A DNA stretch of 64,000 nucleotides from Chiloscyllium plagiosum (taxonomy: Eukaryota). The position numbers and the translations under genes were made by a program. The notes beneath the pieces are model-generated. The model was not told where the DNA came from. It searched no databases and was given only the letters and a program-made list of their open reading frames with translations. The number at the start of each line of letters is the position of its first letter. The first letter of the stretch is position 1. Where the stretch lies: contig NC_057719.1 in the NCBI RefSeq assembly GCF_004010195.1, forward strand, positions 59,533,669-59,597,668. The letters run 5' to 3'. Shown piece by piece: positions 50,961-63,384 of this stretch.

Positions 50961-53058
50961 TTATATTTTAGTTTTCTGTTTCAAGCTGCTTCATTAGCCA
51001 TTGAATTTTAGATAACTTAAACTGTGTCCTAGTGGGTTAGACTCAGTTTCTTCCAATCACAGATGTTATGCTGTTACATCAACTATTTTTGCTCCCATGG
51101 CCCTTACTTTTATTTCTAACTCCAACTTTTCTGCTAATATTATTATCATAGTCTTACTTAAATTTTACAAATCAATCAGGGATAATTCTTTCCTTTCAAG
51201 AAAAAAAATCATACCAAATGGCAGACCCATTTTGCTTTTCTTTTTTGAACCCACAGCTTTGGACTTTCCTTTAAGCCACTCTGTCACAGACTGACTCAAT
51301 GTCATTTACTGGTAGTTCACTTTCTTGTCTTAGGTCTGCACTCTCCTAGACTCTGGAAATAGCACTTCAACACCTACTGAAAGGTGCAATGCCAGCTTTT
51401 CACTGACAGCTAGCTTCACCAAGCTCTTTCTGCCCCTGGGTTTTTTCCCCTGAGCTTTAATCTTGATCAGCTGCTCAATCACTTGTGCACTTCTCAACCT
51501 CAAATCTCATTTGCACGAAGTACAAACTGCTGATAGTCATTATATGAGAACCTCACAGCTTCCAGCCCTAACTCCACCACTGTGAGACACCTATTGGATC
51601 CTGGGATATTACTTGTGTTCTATCTGTACTGAGCTAACCAATAACTCTTGGGAATTCTTCCTGACCTCGAAATGCACAGAGCCAGTCATCTTCCGAGCAG
51701 CATATTTTGGGCTTTGTCTCGCTGTCTCTCTCCCTCTCTCTCTCTCAATCACACACACACACAGTTTGAGTCATCAACTGCCTGTAACCCATTAACCCCC
51801 GAACTATTTTGAGTGACCTATTCAAAGCCTTGCAACAAGCTGCACCGGTGTTCCTAGGCAGATTGAATTTAACAGCCATTGGAACTAAAATGTCGGAACT
51901 CCTTAGAACTATCTGTTCCATGGATGTTATAATATTCACAGCTTACTGGCTTGCACAGTACAAATAGCATAACATAAAAAGAAGATTTAATCATGACATG
52001 TGAATTTATATCCTAGTACTGTAGTTGGATAATGAAACAAGTTTGAACAAGGATTTCTTTCATTAAAGGCAGTAAAAAAGACAATGAGGGGTGAGAGAGG
52101 AAGAGAAAAATATCATAAGCAAATACATATTGCAAATTTATAGTCTGTTTTCAACCCGTAGCACTGGAATAAATGTTAGATATCAACTTTAAAAAGAATT
52201 CCATGGTTCTTGCCATTAACAATATGTTAGCCAGTTTCAGTCTACTGGCGCTCCAGTACAGTGTTGGCGAAGATTGATCTGTACAAAGACCTTGTATTAT
52301 GGATTGTAGAAACTGAAATTGCAATGCCAATTGTAGAGATCTTGACACCCGGCTACTGTTTTGACAAAGAGACTTATTGTAGAAACACATTTAAAAATCC
52401 CTTCAAGTTGGTGTACAAGACAAATTATTGGTGCCACTGTGCTCTGATCACTGCTTAAGTGGGAAATGATATGATGAACAACATGCCCATTATCAGCAGG
52501 AAAGCCTTTCTATAATGATAAAGTCAAGGTGAATTTAAAATATTACGTTTAAGAATAAAAGTGAACTAAGTTTAAATTTGTGTGAAGTAAATTTAAATCA
52601 AATTAGATTGAATCTTTAAACAAAAGATGAGAATCATTTGTTATGATTTAGTGGGTAATAAATGTGAAGGATTTGAAACAGTACTCCCATCAGTGCTGAT
52701 GTAGATGCAGGTCCCATGCAAAGCAAATGAAAAGCTGAAATATTTATTTACACATTGGTCACTAACATACAAAAATGATGAGCAGGAAATGACCTGCTCT
52801 TCTATCAACACAGTTAAGTTACCCAGTGCAAACATTCAATTGCCAAGCCCACCTGGACAAATGTATATGGCAATGGTTTTGAAACTTTTTATCTGCAGAC
52901 CTCTCAAGCAGTGTGAAAGACCCTGCAGACCACTGACAATATGACCCCAAAAGCTTTCACTCCACTCCAAAAAAAATCCATCAGAATTGTTGGGGTGACT
53001 TGTGCAGATTTTGATGAGGTATGAGTAAGGTGATAAAAGTAAAACAGAAAATACTGCA

Positions 53059-54972
53059 TGTAAAAACTCACAGAGGCCAGTATTCCATCACCAAGTTACT
53101 TTACATTGACACGTGACTGTAGCTGACACTGCTCCAGCTTCTTCAGAACCAGCTCTCAGAGTGAACAGAACCGTCAGCCAGGGCTCCCTGTTTGAACCAG
53201 GTTAACAGCCCCAGTCAGGGAACTCATATTCTATGAGGTCCACCTGGCTGACCTCGTTATTAGTGGAAAGTGAGAACTGCAGATGCTGGAGATCAGAGTC
53301 ACGAGTGTGGTGCTGGAAATACACAGCAGGTCAGGTAGTATCCGAGGAGCAGGAAAAGCGACATTTCGAGCATAAGCCTTTCATCAGGAAGGAGGCTTAT
53401 GGGCAGGGGTACTGAGAGATAAATGAGAGGGGGTTGGGAACCCTTAACAAACTCTCCTTCTAATCCTCCCACTTCCTCCAACCAAAGGGATGGAAATGGG
53501 CACCCGCGTTGGACTCAGCTATGCCTGCCTCTTTGTCGGGTACGTGGAACAATCCATCTTCTGCGGTACGCTGGCACCACTCCCCACCTGTTCCTCTGCC
53601 AAATCAATGACTGTATCAGTGCCATCTCGTGCTCCTACAAGGAGGATGAACAGTTCATAAACTTCACCAACATCTTTCCCCCCCGACCTCAAACTCACCT
53701 GGACCATCTTGGACACCTCCCTCCCCTTCCTGGATCTCTCCATCTCCATTTCCAGTGACCGACTAACCATGGGCATCTACTACAAGCCCACTGACTCTCA
53801 CAGCCACCTAGACTGCACCCTCCCACCCCACTTCCTGTAAAAATGCTATCCCTTATTCCCAACTCCTCCACCTCCACCGCATCTGTTCCCAGGAAGACCA
53901 ATTCCACCTCACAAAGTCCCAGATGGCTTCCTCCTTCCAAGATCACAATTACCCCACCCAAATAGTTGATGCCCTCCAGCGCATCTCCTCCACTTCCCAC
54001 ACCTCCGCCCTTGAACCCCACCCCTCCCAATATAACAAGGACAGAACCCCCCCCGGTCCTCACCTTCCACATACATTGCATCATTCTCCGACATTTCCGC
54101 CACCTCCAAATGGACCCCACCACCAAAGATATATTTCCCTCCCCACCCCTATCAATGTTCCGTGGAGGACGTCCCCTCCGTGACTCCCTCATCAGGTCCA
54201 CGCCCCCCACCAGCCCACACTCCACTCCTGGCACCTTCCCCTTCCACCCAGGAAGTGCAAACCCTGCACCCACACTTCCCCCCTTAACTCTGTCCAAGGC
54301 TCCAAAGGATCTTTCCACATCCAACAGAAATTTACCTGTACCGCCACCAATGTCATCTACTGTATCTATTGCACCCGATGTGGTCTCCTCTACATCGGGG
54401 AGACAAGATGCCTTCTTGCGGATCATTTCAGAGAACATCTCTGGGACACCTACACCAACCAACCTCACCTCCCTGTGGCTGAACACTTCAACACCCCCTC
54501 CCATTCCATCAACGACATGCAGGTCCTGGGCATCCTCCATTGCCAAACCCTTACCACACAATGCCTAGAGGAAGAACGCTTCATATTCTGTCTCAGGACC
54601 CTGCAACCACATGGGATAAATGTGGCTTTCAACAGTTTCCTCATTTCCACCCCTTCCACATTATCCCAGTCCCAAGCCTCCAGCTCGACACCACTCTCCT
54701 GACTTGTCTATTGCCTTTTCCATCTATCCACTTCGCCCTCCTCTCCGACCTATCTAATGAGCCCCACCTTCATCTCTACTGCATTCTCAGCTACCTTTCT
54801 CCCCCAACTCCACCCCCTCCCATTTATCTCTCAGTCCTCCAGCCCACAAGCCTCATTTCTGATGAAAGGCTTTTGCCCAAAACTTCGATTCTCCTGCTCT
54901 TTGGATGCTGCCTGATCTGCTGTGTTTTTCCAGCACCATACTCTCGACTCTGACCTCGTTACTATCACTACA
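53059..54972 (-). mobile_element. Short solo LTR (10416-10649 family) split by the Penelope insertion
   Basis: TGTAA at 53059 and ...CACTACA at 54972. 5-bp TSD CTGCA/CTGTA at 53054-53058 and 54973-54977. Confidence 0.8.
53260..54949 (+). mobile_element. Penelope-like element: 5'-truncated RT plus GIY-YIG endonuclease, 3' pLTR, and inverted pLTR at the 5' end
   Basis: MGTRVGLSYACLFVGYVEQ, LPFLDLSI, IYYKPTDSH, CKNAIPYSQ, FTCTATNVIYCIYCTRCGLLYIGET, FREHL, PVAEHFN, with frameshifts. TSD CTGACCTCGTTA at 53248-53259 and 54950-54961. Confidence 0.93.
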
Positions 54973-55339
54973 CTGTAGAATCAGGGTTTGTCTTTTGGCA
55001 TCTGTGGAGACAGAAACAGAGTTAGTTTTCTGAGTTCAATAAAAGAACTTTAGACTCATGTTGGATTTGATATTTAATTGATTAATCAATTTTGCTTTTC
55101 ACAAGTACTGACAATCTAGTCTCTTTATTGGGTGTGTTCTTTTCTCTATCATGCATAAGATTTGACTTTGCTGTTATTTCAGATAAGAAAAATCTGATCG
55201 CCTCTTTTTTGAGCCTTTTTACAATTGTGTGCAGACTTTCTCAGCTTCAAATAGCATTTGCATGGGCTTTAATGAAGTTTTTCTGGTCTGGAGCTTTAAA
55301 ACTAAACTTCTTACACTAAGCAAATCTATTTCCTAACAA

Positions 55340-56150
55340 TTCTAAATGACCTCCCTTCTTTAGGAGCGACTGCTTTTTCCAACCAACTGGGTTGGAAATG
55401 TTGTCTCTAAGCTTTTGGTCTGCCAGTTTCTCTTTTATCAATTTAAGTGGTCCTCTCACTTTATGTCCATACATTAGTCAAATTGAAATAGCAAATGATA
55501 ACAAAGGAATTCCCTTATTCCAATTATGAAGGAATTCTTGACAACAAACTCTAATTGTGGTCTGCAGAATTTGATGCCATTATTCCAATGTACTTTGAGA
55601 TTGTGGGTGATACGCAGCAGATGTAAATTGTTTCATTCCCAAACTAGCCATCATTTCTTCAAACATTTTCAGCATAAAGTTAGAATTTAGCTGATAAAAT
55701 TTATCTGACTGTGTGTCTTTGTGTAACCTATACTTTGTAAAAAAAATTTGAACTAACCTTGCCAGTACCACTGTTGCAGTAAATTTTCTAAAGACACTTA
55801 GTTGGGAGATCTTGTGCAAACATCCATAATCATTAAATGTTTCTGATTCCCATTCCTGGTTTTAGGTAGGGGGTGCTACACAATTTATTCAAATCTTGTT
55901 AAACAGCTCTTCAAAACTGTAGGCTGAATTCAAGGTATGGCTTAATTGAGGTTGGGATTTCCCTACTACTTGACATCAATGGCATGTCTGAGAAAACACC
56001 TTTATACAGTCCTGGCCAAAAAAAGTTTTAATATTTTAGCCCCAAGTTTTCCTAATAGCTGGTTCACCTGCCATTGACGTTCTTGAGTGACTTATAAAAT
56101 GTTGTTATGATACTCAGATAGAACTATCATCTGATGTTCATTATTAAAAG
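55340..56150 (-). mobile_element. Gypsy (possibly Gmr1-like) integrase remnant
   Basis: Minus-strand FEEMMASLGMKQFTSAAYHPQSQSTLE integrase-core motif. Confidence 0.75.
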
Positions 56151-56235
56151 AAATCACTATGACTATAGAATTGTTTAGAAGTTAATTATTAAACCTCCTC
56201 GGAGACTCAGACCAAACTCACATGCCACTAGCTCT

Positions 56236-56550
56236 GGGCGGCACGGTGGCATAGTGGTTAGCACTGCTGCCTCACAGCGCCTGAGACCCGGGTTCAATTC
56301 CCGCCTCAGGCGACTGACTGTGTGGAGTTTGCACGTTCTCCCCGTGTCTGCGTGGGTTTCCTCCGGGTGCTCCGGTTTCCTCCCACAGTCCAAAGATGTG
56401 CAGGGTCAGGTGAATTGGCCATACTAAATTGCCGGTAGTGTTAGGTAAGGGGTAAATGTAGGGGTATGGGCGGGTTTCGCTTCGGCGGGTCGGTGTGGAC
56501 TTGTTGGGCCGAAGGGCCTGTTTCCACACTGTAATCTAATCTAATCTAAT
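56236..56550 (+). mobile_element. HE1-type tRNA-derived V-SINE, full-length and young
   Basis: A box TGGCATAGTGG (56247-56257), B box GGTTCAATTCC (56291-56301), V core, CR1-like tail and (TAATC)n. TSD CTAGCTC at 56228-56234 and 56551-56557. Confidence 0.95.
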
Positions 56551-56819
56551 CTAGCTCAAATTCAAACTCTAAAATAAATGATACCAAAAGATATATAAAT
56601 CACACCCTGTACATCACACATGGCATCTGCAAATACAATCTTTCATCTTACCTGTTTGGAGAAAGGCAATTGTATTTTGTGTGCTGGTTGGATTGTTGGT
56701 GTCATGTAACTGCAATTCTTTGTGAACAGTCTCAGGTGCTGTAAACTGCTATTCTGACTGGTGGGAGTTAGCCTTGCTTAATCACTTCCAGTGTGATTGT
56801 AGAATCTGAAAGAACACAA

Positions 56820-57260
56820 TTATTATGACATCCCAGATATTGAAATGCCCACAGTGATGAGTGAAAAATTCAGATGCTTCATAAAGACTTGGGAAATGCA
56901 ACACCATCCCTTATCTCACACTGTCTCTAGTCAAATGGAAAGGCTAAGGAAACAGTGAAAACTTCCAAATAGATCAAAAAACAATTGAGCAAATCCAATA
57001 CAGACTTATTTCAGGCAAACTTTAAGCGGAGAAACACACTTAACTGAAGACTCGGAAAATAGTCCAGTTCAAAGACTAACCTCACACTGCTTCCTAAATG
57101 ATTGTCTAATAACAAAAGATCTTTTAAAAACCAAAAATATCACAGATGTGAGGGACAAACACAAGGTGAAATGATAGAAAAGTAAACTTTGCTTCAATAA
57201 AATTGCCAAGTCATTGCCCAACTGAGTATTGGAGAACCAGTCAGAGGGCAAATGTTCAAC
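56820..57260 (+). mobile_element. Gypsy integrase remnant (old)
   Basis: Degenerate WEMQHH...SQSNGKA.ETVK and SPVQRL motifs. Confidence 0.55.
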
Positions 57261-58577
57261 ACTCTCAACAAAGGTCAACCAACATGGCAACTTAAGTTGT
57301 CACATTGATCATCCTTGGTGAACATGAATAACCAGATATATTGTTACAATTGCAAACATATTCATATGACTAGTGAAGCTGTGAAGCACTAGATAAGAAA
57401 GAGGTGATCTTGTCATTTGCACAGAGTACAGAATAATCATCAGTTTCAAATGTTGACTGTTAATCCAGCAACATAAATGGATTGCTGCAGCAGTTGCCAT
57501 GGCAATAGTGATCATCATGGGAATGACACACCCCAGAGAAGGAATAAGCAGATACCATTGGAACGGCCAGTGGAAAATATGCATATATACCATTAGGAGA
57601 GAAACTTGATTTAATGACTGCGCATGCAATGCATGTGCAGAAATTGATCAAAGTGAATCAAACTAAAGTTGATATTTTGTGTATGAATGATAATTTTCTT
57701 TGTGACATGCATATTGGGTGACTTGTAACTGCAAATAATAGTGTATTTTTTTAATGGAAAGTGGGAGGTTTGGAAAAATATATTTTATTTAATGTACTGG
57801 TTGGCTCGCTGTTGTCATGTTACCTCTTCTGCTGGAAGTGCTTTGGAACAATCTATGATGTGAAACACTGCCTGTGGCTTGGTGAAGTATCATCAGTTCA
57901 AATAATGACACACTATTTCCAATGCACTTTGTTTATTGCAATGAAATCTTTTAGCATCTTGAAAATAGTTTCTCTCATTATGTTGTTAGGTTGAGATTAG
58001 AAGAATAAGACCTGTATGTTCCTGATTAGTCATACTTAATGTATGCCAGAATGTTTATTCACAAATTGATGGTCTCATCAAGTTGGAGAGAGTAGTGCTG
58101 GCTCTGATGTAGAAATGCTAACAGTTAGTATTCCTTACTTCAGACATCAACATTTGTGTTGAACAGAATCACTCAAAATGGTAACTTGTCAATAGCATTC
58201 TTTGCCTTTCCCCATTTGTGATGATCATTGTAGGTTTTATTGAGTTCCCTTCTTCCCCGTCTTTGCTACCAGCAGTGATAATTATTTTAAACTACAAGTT
58301 GGAGGTGTGAGCATCACTGATTGGGCCAACATTTGTTGCCCATTTCTAGTTCCCCTTGAAAAGATGGTGGTGAGCTGCTTTCTTGAACTGCTGAAGTCCT
58401 TTTGCTATAGGCAGACCCATTATGCTGTTAGAGAGTAAGTTCCAGGATGTTAACCAAACTATACTGAGGATAGGGTGGTATATTTCCAGTCAGGATGATG
58501 GTGTTTCCATGTAACTGCTGCCCTTGTTTTTCTAGGAGGTAATGACCATGGCTTCGAAAGGTGCTATCTTTGGTAAT

Positions 58578-58860
58578 TCAGTAGTTAATACTGCTGCCTC
58601 ACAAAGGCAGGGCCTCGAGCTCGATTCCACCCTCGGGCTACTGTCTGTGTGTCTGGTTTCCTCCCACAGTCCCAAGATGTGCAGGTTAGGTGGATTGGCC
58701 ATGCTAAGTTGTCTCATAGTGTCCAGGGATGTCTAGGTTGGGTTGATTAGTGTTTGGAAATGCAGGATTACAGGGAGAGGGTGAGGGGTGGGTCATTTTT
58801 GGAGTGGCTGTATGGACTCGATGGCTTGCTTCTACTTGTAGAGATTCTTGATTCTATAAT
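58578..58860 (+). mobile_element. HE1-type SINE (diverged, internally deleted)
   Basis: ACTGCTGCCTCAC head and TTTCCTCCCACAGTCC core. Confidence 0.8.
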
Positions 58861-58879
58861 CTAAGGAGTATTGGTGAAT

Positions 58880-60240
58880 TACTCCAGCGCAACTTGTAAA
58901 TGGTGCACTGAACCAACGTGCTGCTGAACCAACATGCTCCATTGGTCATGGAGAATGTAAATGTTTGTGGATGTTGTATTAGTTAAGCAAGATGCTTTGT
59001 CATGGATGGTGTCAAGTTTCATGAGTGTTGTTGGAGCTCCTGTCATCCAGGCTAGTGAGGAATATTCCATCATACTCCTAAGTAGACAGGCTCTGTAGAG
59101 TCTGAATATGAGTTAGCCACCACAGTATTCCTAGCCTCTGACTTGTTCTTGAAACCATTATATTTACATGGTGAATCCAGTTGAGTTTCTGGTCAATGGT
59201 GACCCAAGGATATTAATAGTGGGGGATTCAATGATGTTAACACCTTTGAATCATGAAGAAATTATCATTCAGTTGTCTCCAGTTGAAGATAGTCATAGCC
59301 TGGCATTTGTGTAGCACAAATGTCACTTGCTACTTGTCATCCTGATTTTGGATTTAGTCCAGATCTTGTTGCATTTGAACATGAATTGCTTCAGTATCTG
59401 AGGAGTCATGAATGGTGCTGAACATTGTGTAATCATCAGAGAAATCCTTTCCTGACCTTATGATGGAGGGAAGGTCTTTGATAAAGCAGCTGAAGATCAT
59501 TGGACCAAGGACACTCCCCTGAGGAACTCCTGCAGAGATGTCCTGGAGCTGAGGTGTCTGATCTCCAATAACCACAGCTATCTTCCTATGTGCCAGGAAT
59601 GACTCCAACAAGTGGAGAATTTGCCCTGATTCCCATTGATTCCAGTTTTGTTAGGGCTCCTTGATGCCAATCAATCAAATACAAGGGCTGTCACGCTCAC
59701 CTCTCCTCTGGAATTCAGCTCTTTTGTCCATATTTGAACCGAGGCTGTAATAAGGTCTGGGGCTGAGTAGCCCTGACAAAACCCAAACTGAGCAGGTTAC
59801 TGCTGAATAGGGGCTGCTTGACAGCACTGTTGATGACACCTTCCATCACTTTACTGATGATCAAGGGTGCATTGATGGGGCGGTAATTGACTGGGTTGGA
59901 TTTGTCCTTCTTTTTTGTGTACAGGACATACCTGGGCAATTTTCCACATTGTCGGGTAGGTGCCAGGGTTGTAACTGTACTGAAACAGCTTGGCTAGGCA
60001 AGCGACAAATTCTGGAGCACAAGTCTTCAGTACTTTTGCTAGAATGTTCTCAGGGCCTATAGGCTTTGTAGTATTCAGTGTCTCCAACTGTTTCTCCAAC
60101 TGACTGTATATCATTGTGCCAACATCAGTGCTAGGTCTTCCCTGTCGGTGGGACATGACATATCCAGGGATGGTGATGGTGGTGGCTGGGACATTGTCTG
60201 TGAGGCCCAATTCTTGTGTATGACTATGTCAAGCTAGTGA
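58880..60240 (-). mobile_element. Older CR1/L2-group LINE remnant
   Basis: MWKIAQVCPVHKK, NYRPI, AGVPQGSVLGP. Same family as 6790-7870. Confidence 0.85.
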
Positions 60241-60929
60241 CTAGCCTGTGATACAGCTCTCCCAATTTTGGCACTAGTCTCCAGATGTAAGTAAGGATGA
60301 CTTGACAAGTTCAAAAGTTTACCGATGATAGCTTTGTTGTTTACAGTGCTTTGGTCAGTCTGGTTTCATTCCATTTTGAGACTTTCTTGTGTGATTGTTA
60401 CAATGGAAAAGCTTGCAAGGCCATTTCAGAGGATGGTTAAAAGTCAACCACATTGCTGAGGGTCTGGAGTCACATGTAGGACATACCAAGTAAGGATGGC
60501 ATCAGTGAACCAGATGGATGGTCATAATTAGACTTTTACTTTAAGTTTTTTATTGAATTCAATTTCCACCATGTGCCATAGTCTGATTTGTACCCAGTTC
60601 TACAGAATACTACCTGGGTTTCTGGACTTACCCATCAGCAATACCTCTACAGCATCGGTCCCTATAAAACTACTTTTTTCTTAATGCCAGTTTAATATGA
60701 ACATTTTGATCACCAGTAACAGTAAAGTATAAAATAATTTATTGTATATCAGGTTTTGTATTTGGCCTTAAAAAAATCTACAGTCAGTTTCTAGTGTACT
60801 TGCTGAGTTTGCACTCAAAATGCCATTTAAACTAAGAGGGATTAACTGCTTTGTTAGCTAGTTACATAACACAAAATACAATAGGATTTTCTATATTACC
60901 TATCCAGAAAATGAACTATTTCCACATAG

Positions 60930-61203
60930 AGTTAGATTAGACTCCCTACAGTGTGGAAATAGGCCCTTTGGCCCAACAAGTCCACACTGACCCTCCAAAG
61001 ACTAATGCACCTAACCTATGGGCAATTCACCTGACCTGCACATCTTTGGACAGTGGGAGGAAACTGGAGCACCCGGAGGAAACCCACACAGACACAGGCA
61101 GAATTTGAAAACTCCACACAGACAGTTACCCAAGGCTGGCATTGAACCTGGGATCCTGGTGCTGTGAGGCAGCAGTGCTAACCACTGAGCCACCGTGCTG
61201 CCC
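60930..61203 (-). mobile_element. HE1-type SINE
   Basis: Reverse complement of the 56236-56550 element, with A/B boxes and tail. Confidence 0.92.
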
Positions 61204-63384
61204 CAGTTAAAATTTCTTTTAATTTGTTCTTACACTTTTGTTTACTCTTATTGCTGTTCTTTGGAATAATAATTTCCTTACAATTCTTCTCATATTTGTA
61301 ACTAGGTAAAGAATTCATTTTTAACACATCTTCTGCTTCATTGCATTTCTCACCTATTAACATGAATAGGAATGTATCGCTGTTATGACCCACATCACTT
61401 CACTATAGTTTTGTACCTTCATAATATCACAAACACGACTGGGCATATGTTTCTGAAACCAGATTTAACCCACCAATCCACACGAACGCTTTTAATTCAC
61501 AGTTTCTTTCAAACCTGGATATTCCAGGAGTAGGAATCAAAGAGTACAATTTTTTTTAAAAGTTGCAACTGTGAAAGAACATTTAAAAACCAAAAAAAGT
61601 TTAATATGATAAATTGGACGTGCTAGAAACAGCACAAACTCTTTGCTCAGTTACATCATGCAAACAAAATGACTACAGTGTACATGCTTAAGAAAGTATA
61701 AATATTTTTCTAAAAAATTGAATACATTTATGTACTACATTTTTAATTAAATATAAGTAAATGAACAATTAATATCAGATACAAAAGTATAGATGTTTTC
61801 ATTTTATAAATATTAAAATTACAAGAGAACGTACCGAATTGAAACATTCATATACAGGTTATTAAATTATGAGTACCATCTTCTGAGAAACTAAAATTAA
61901 AATAAACAAAACCAACAATAACACAAATTTTGCTTATAAAACTATATTACTGTTGCTTATGCTAATGCTGCATGAACTGAATAGGTTGTGCGATAAGATG
62001 TCAATGATGCTATTGTTTTGTGTATAACATTCATTGTGATTTTACACACCATGACTTACATTTCCGACCAGCCTACAACCCATTTGGAGAACTCCTGTGG
62101 ACTACTTGTAATCCATGAGCCATATTTTAAACACAGTCACTCAGGAAGAATTGCAGGCCTCTTGGAACTGCATTTTTCTCCTCTTATGGCAATAGGGGTT
62201 ACAGCTGTTTCATTTAACCTGCTCCTTCCAAGGTGATTCATCAGAATATAGTGCAGTGCAGTGCTCCAATCATCCATTTTCTGTTGACATAGTTAAATAA
62301 GCAAATAATATTGAATGGAGCAGTGCCAAGCTAAAACTTCTGCTAAAACTTTATCTGGCATCTCTGAGAGCATTTATATTTTGTTTGCTTAGAGTTCATG
62401 AAGACTCCTCTCTTTGTTGTAGGGGATAACTCAATCTCAGTGTAATATTTGATTGATGGGAAAAGGGAAGAAGATGTGATTCACACAACAGGGGACCTGA
62501 ACTAAGCAGATCTATTTGACCATGGTGTTGAATTTAATCAGACTACAATTTTGCCAGAACAAAGATATTATTCTGCAATGTGTTGACTTGTTATTTTCAA
62601 GAGTGGATGTGAATGATCATAAAAGGTGGATAAGGCCAGTAGGTCTGGCAAGCTGTCATGTTAATTGAATCACCTGCCTTTTAAATTTTGGGGAAAAACA
62701 TGAGTTGTAAAAACCCAGCGCTTGTAGTTTCAATAGCTGTTAGTTGGCATAAGCCAGGGGATTATCATTATAGCGTTATTACTGCTTGACTGCTTCCATG
62801 ACCGTCTTTTTCATAGTAGGGGCTGTAAGTTCAAATTTTGATCAATAATTCCAAGAAGCTATAAATGGATTAGCTTTCTTTGTTAACAGTAATTGTTGAT
62901 CTTAAATGAATTAAGTACTTGATGGGATTTAAATGTAGTGATTTGGGTTTTATCAATGAGAGTGTTTTTGAATTAGAATTTTAATTTATTTTGTCTTAAC
63001 TCAGCTCGGCTCTTGAAGTCTGCCCTTGGTGGATACTCAGTGAGTTGGCATGGAGGGGGTATTTGGGCTAAAGGTGGTAGGTGAGGAACATGTGTTTTCA
63101 TGACATTTCACAAATTTGGTATAAGGATGACGAGGGATTTCAGATTCAATATTTTTGTGAACAAAATTCTCCTCATTCAATTCAATTGGATACTTATGTT
63201 TTGCCCAAAGTTCTGGATCTGAAACAAAATAGAACATTTTGTCTTCATATATCAAGCTCGATGTGCAGTTGCATTGGTGTACTTCCAGATCCACTGCTGT
63301 TGCAAATGGATAAATGTTTGATGATATGTTCTCCAATTTCAAATAAGGACTCAACATTGAAATCTCCAATTTTCAAAAAACCTC

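Noticed and set aside
53695..54568. 288-aa minus-strand and 200-aa plus-strand ORFs
   Set aside because: Antisense or off-frame readings of the C-rich Penelope coding region.
56236..56310. tRNA gene
   Set aside because: The A/B boxes belong to the tRNA-derived head of an HE1 SINE.
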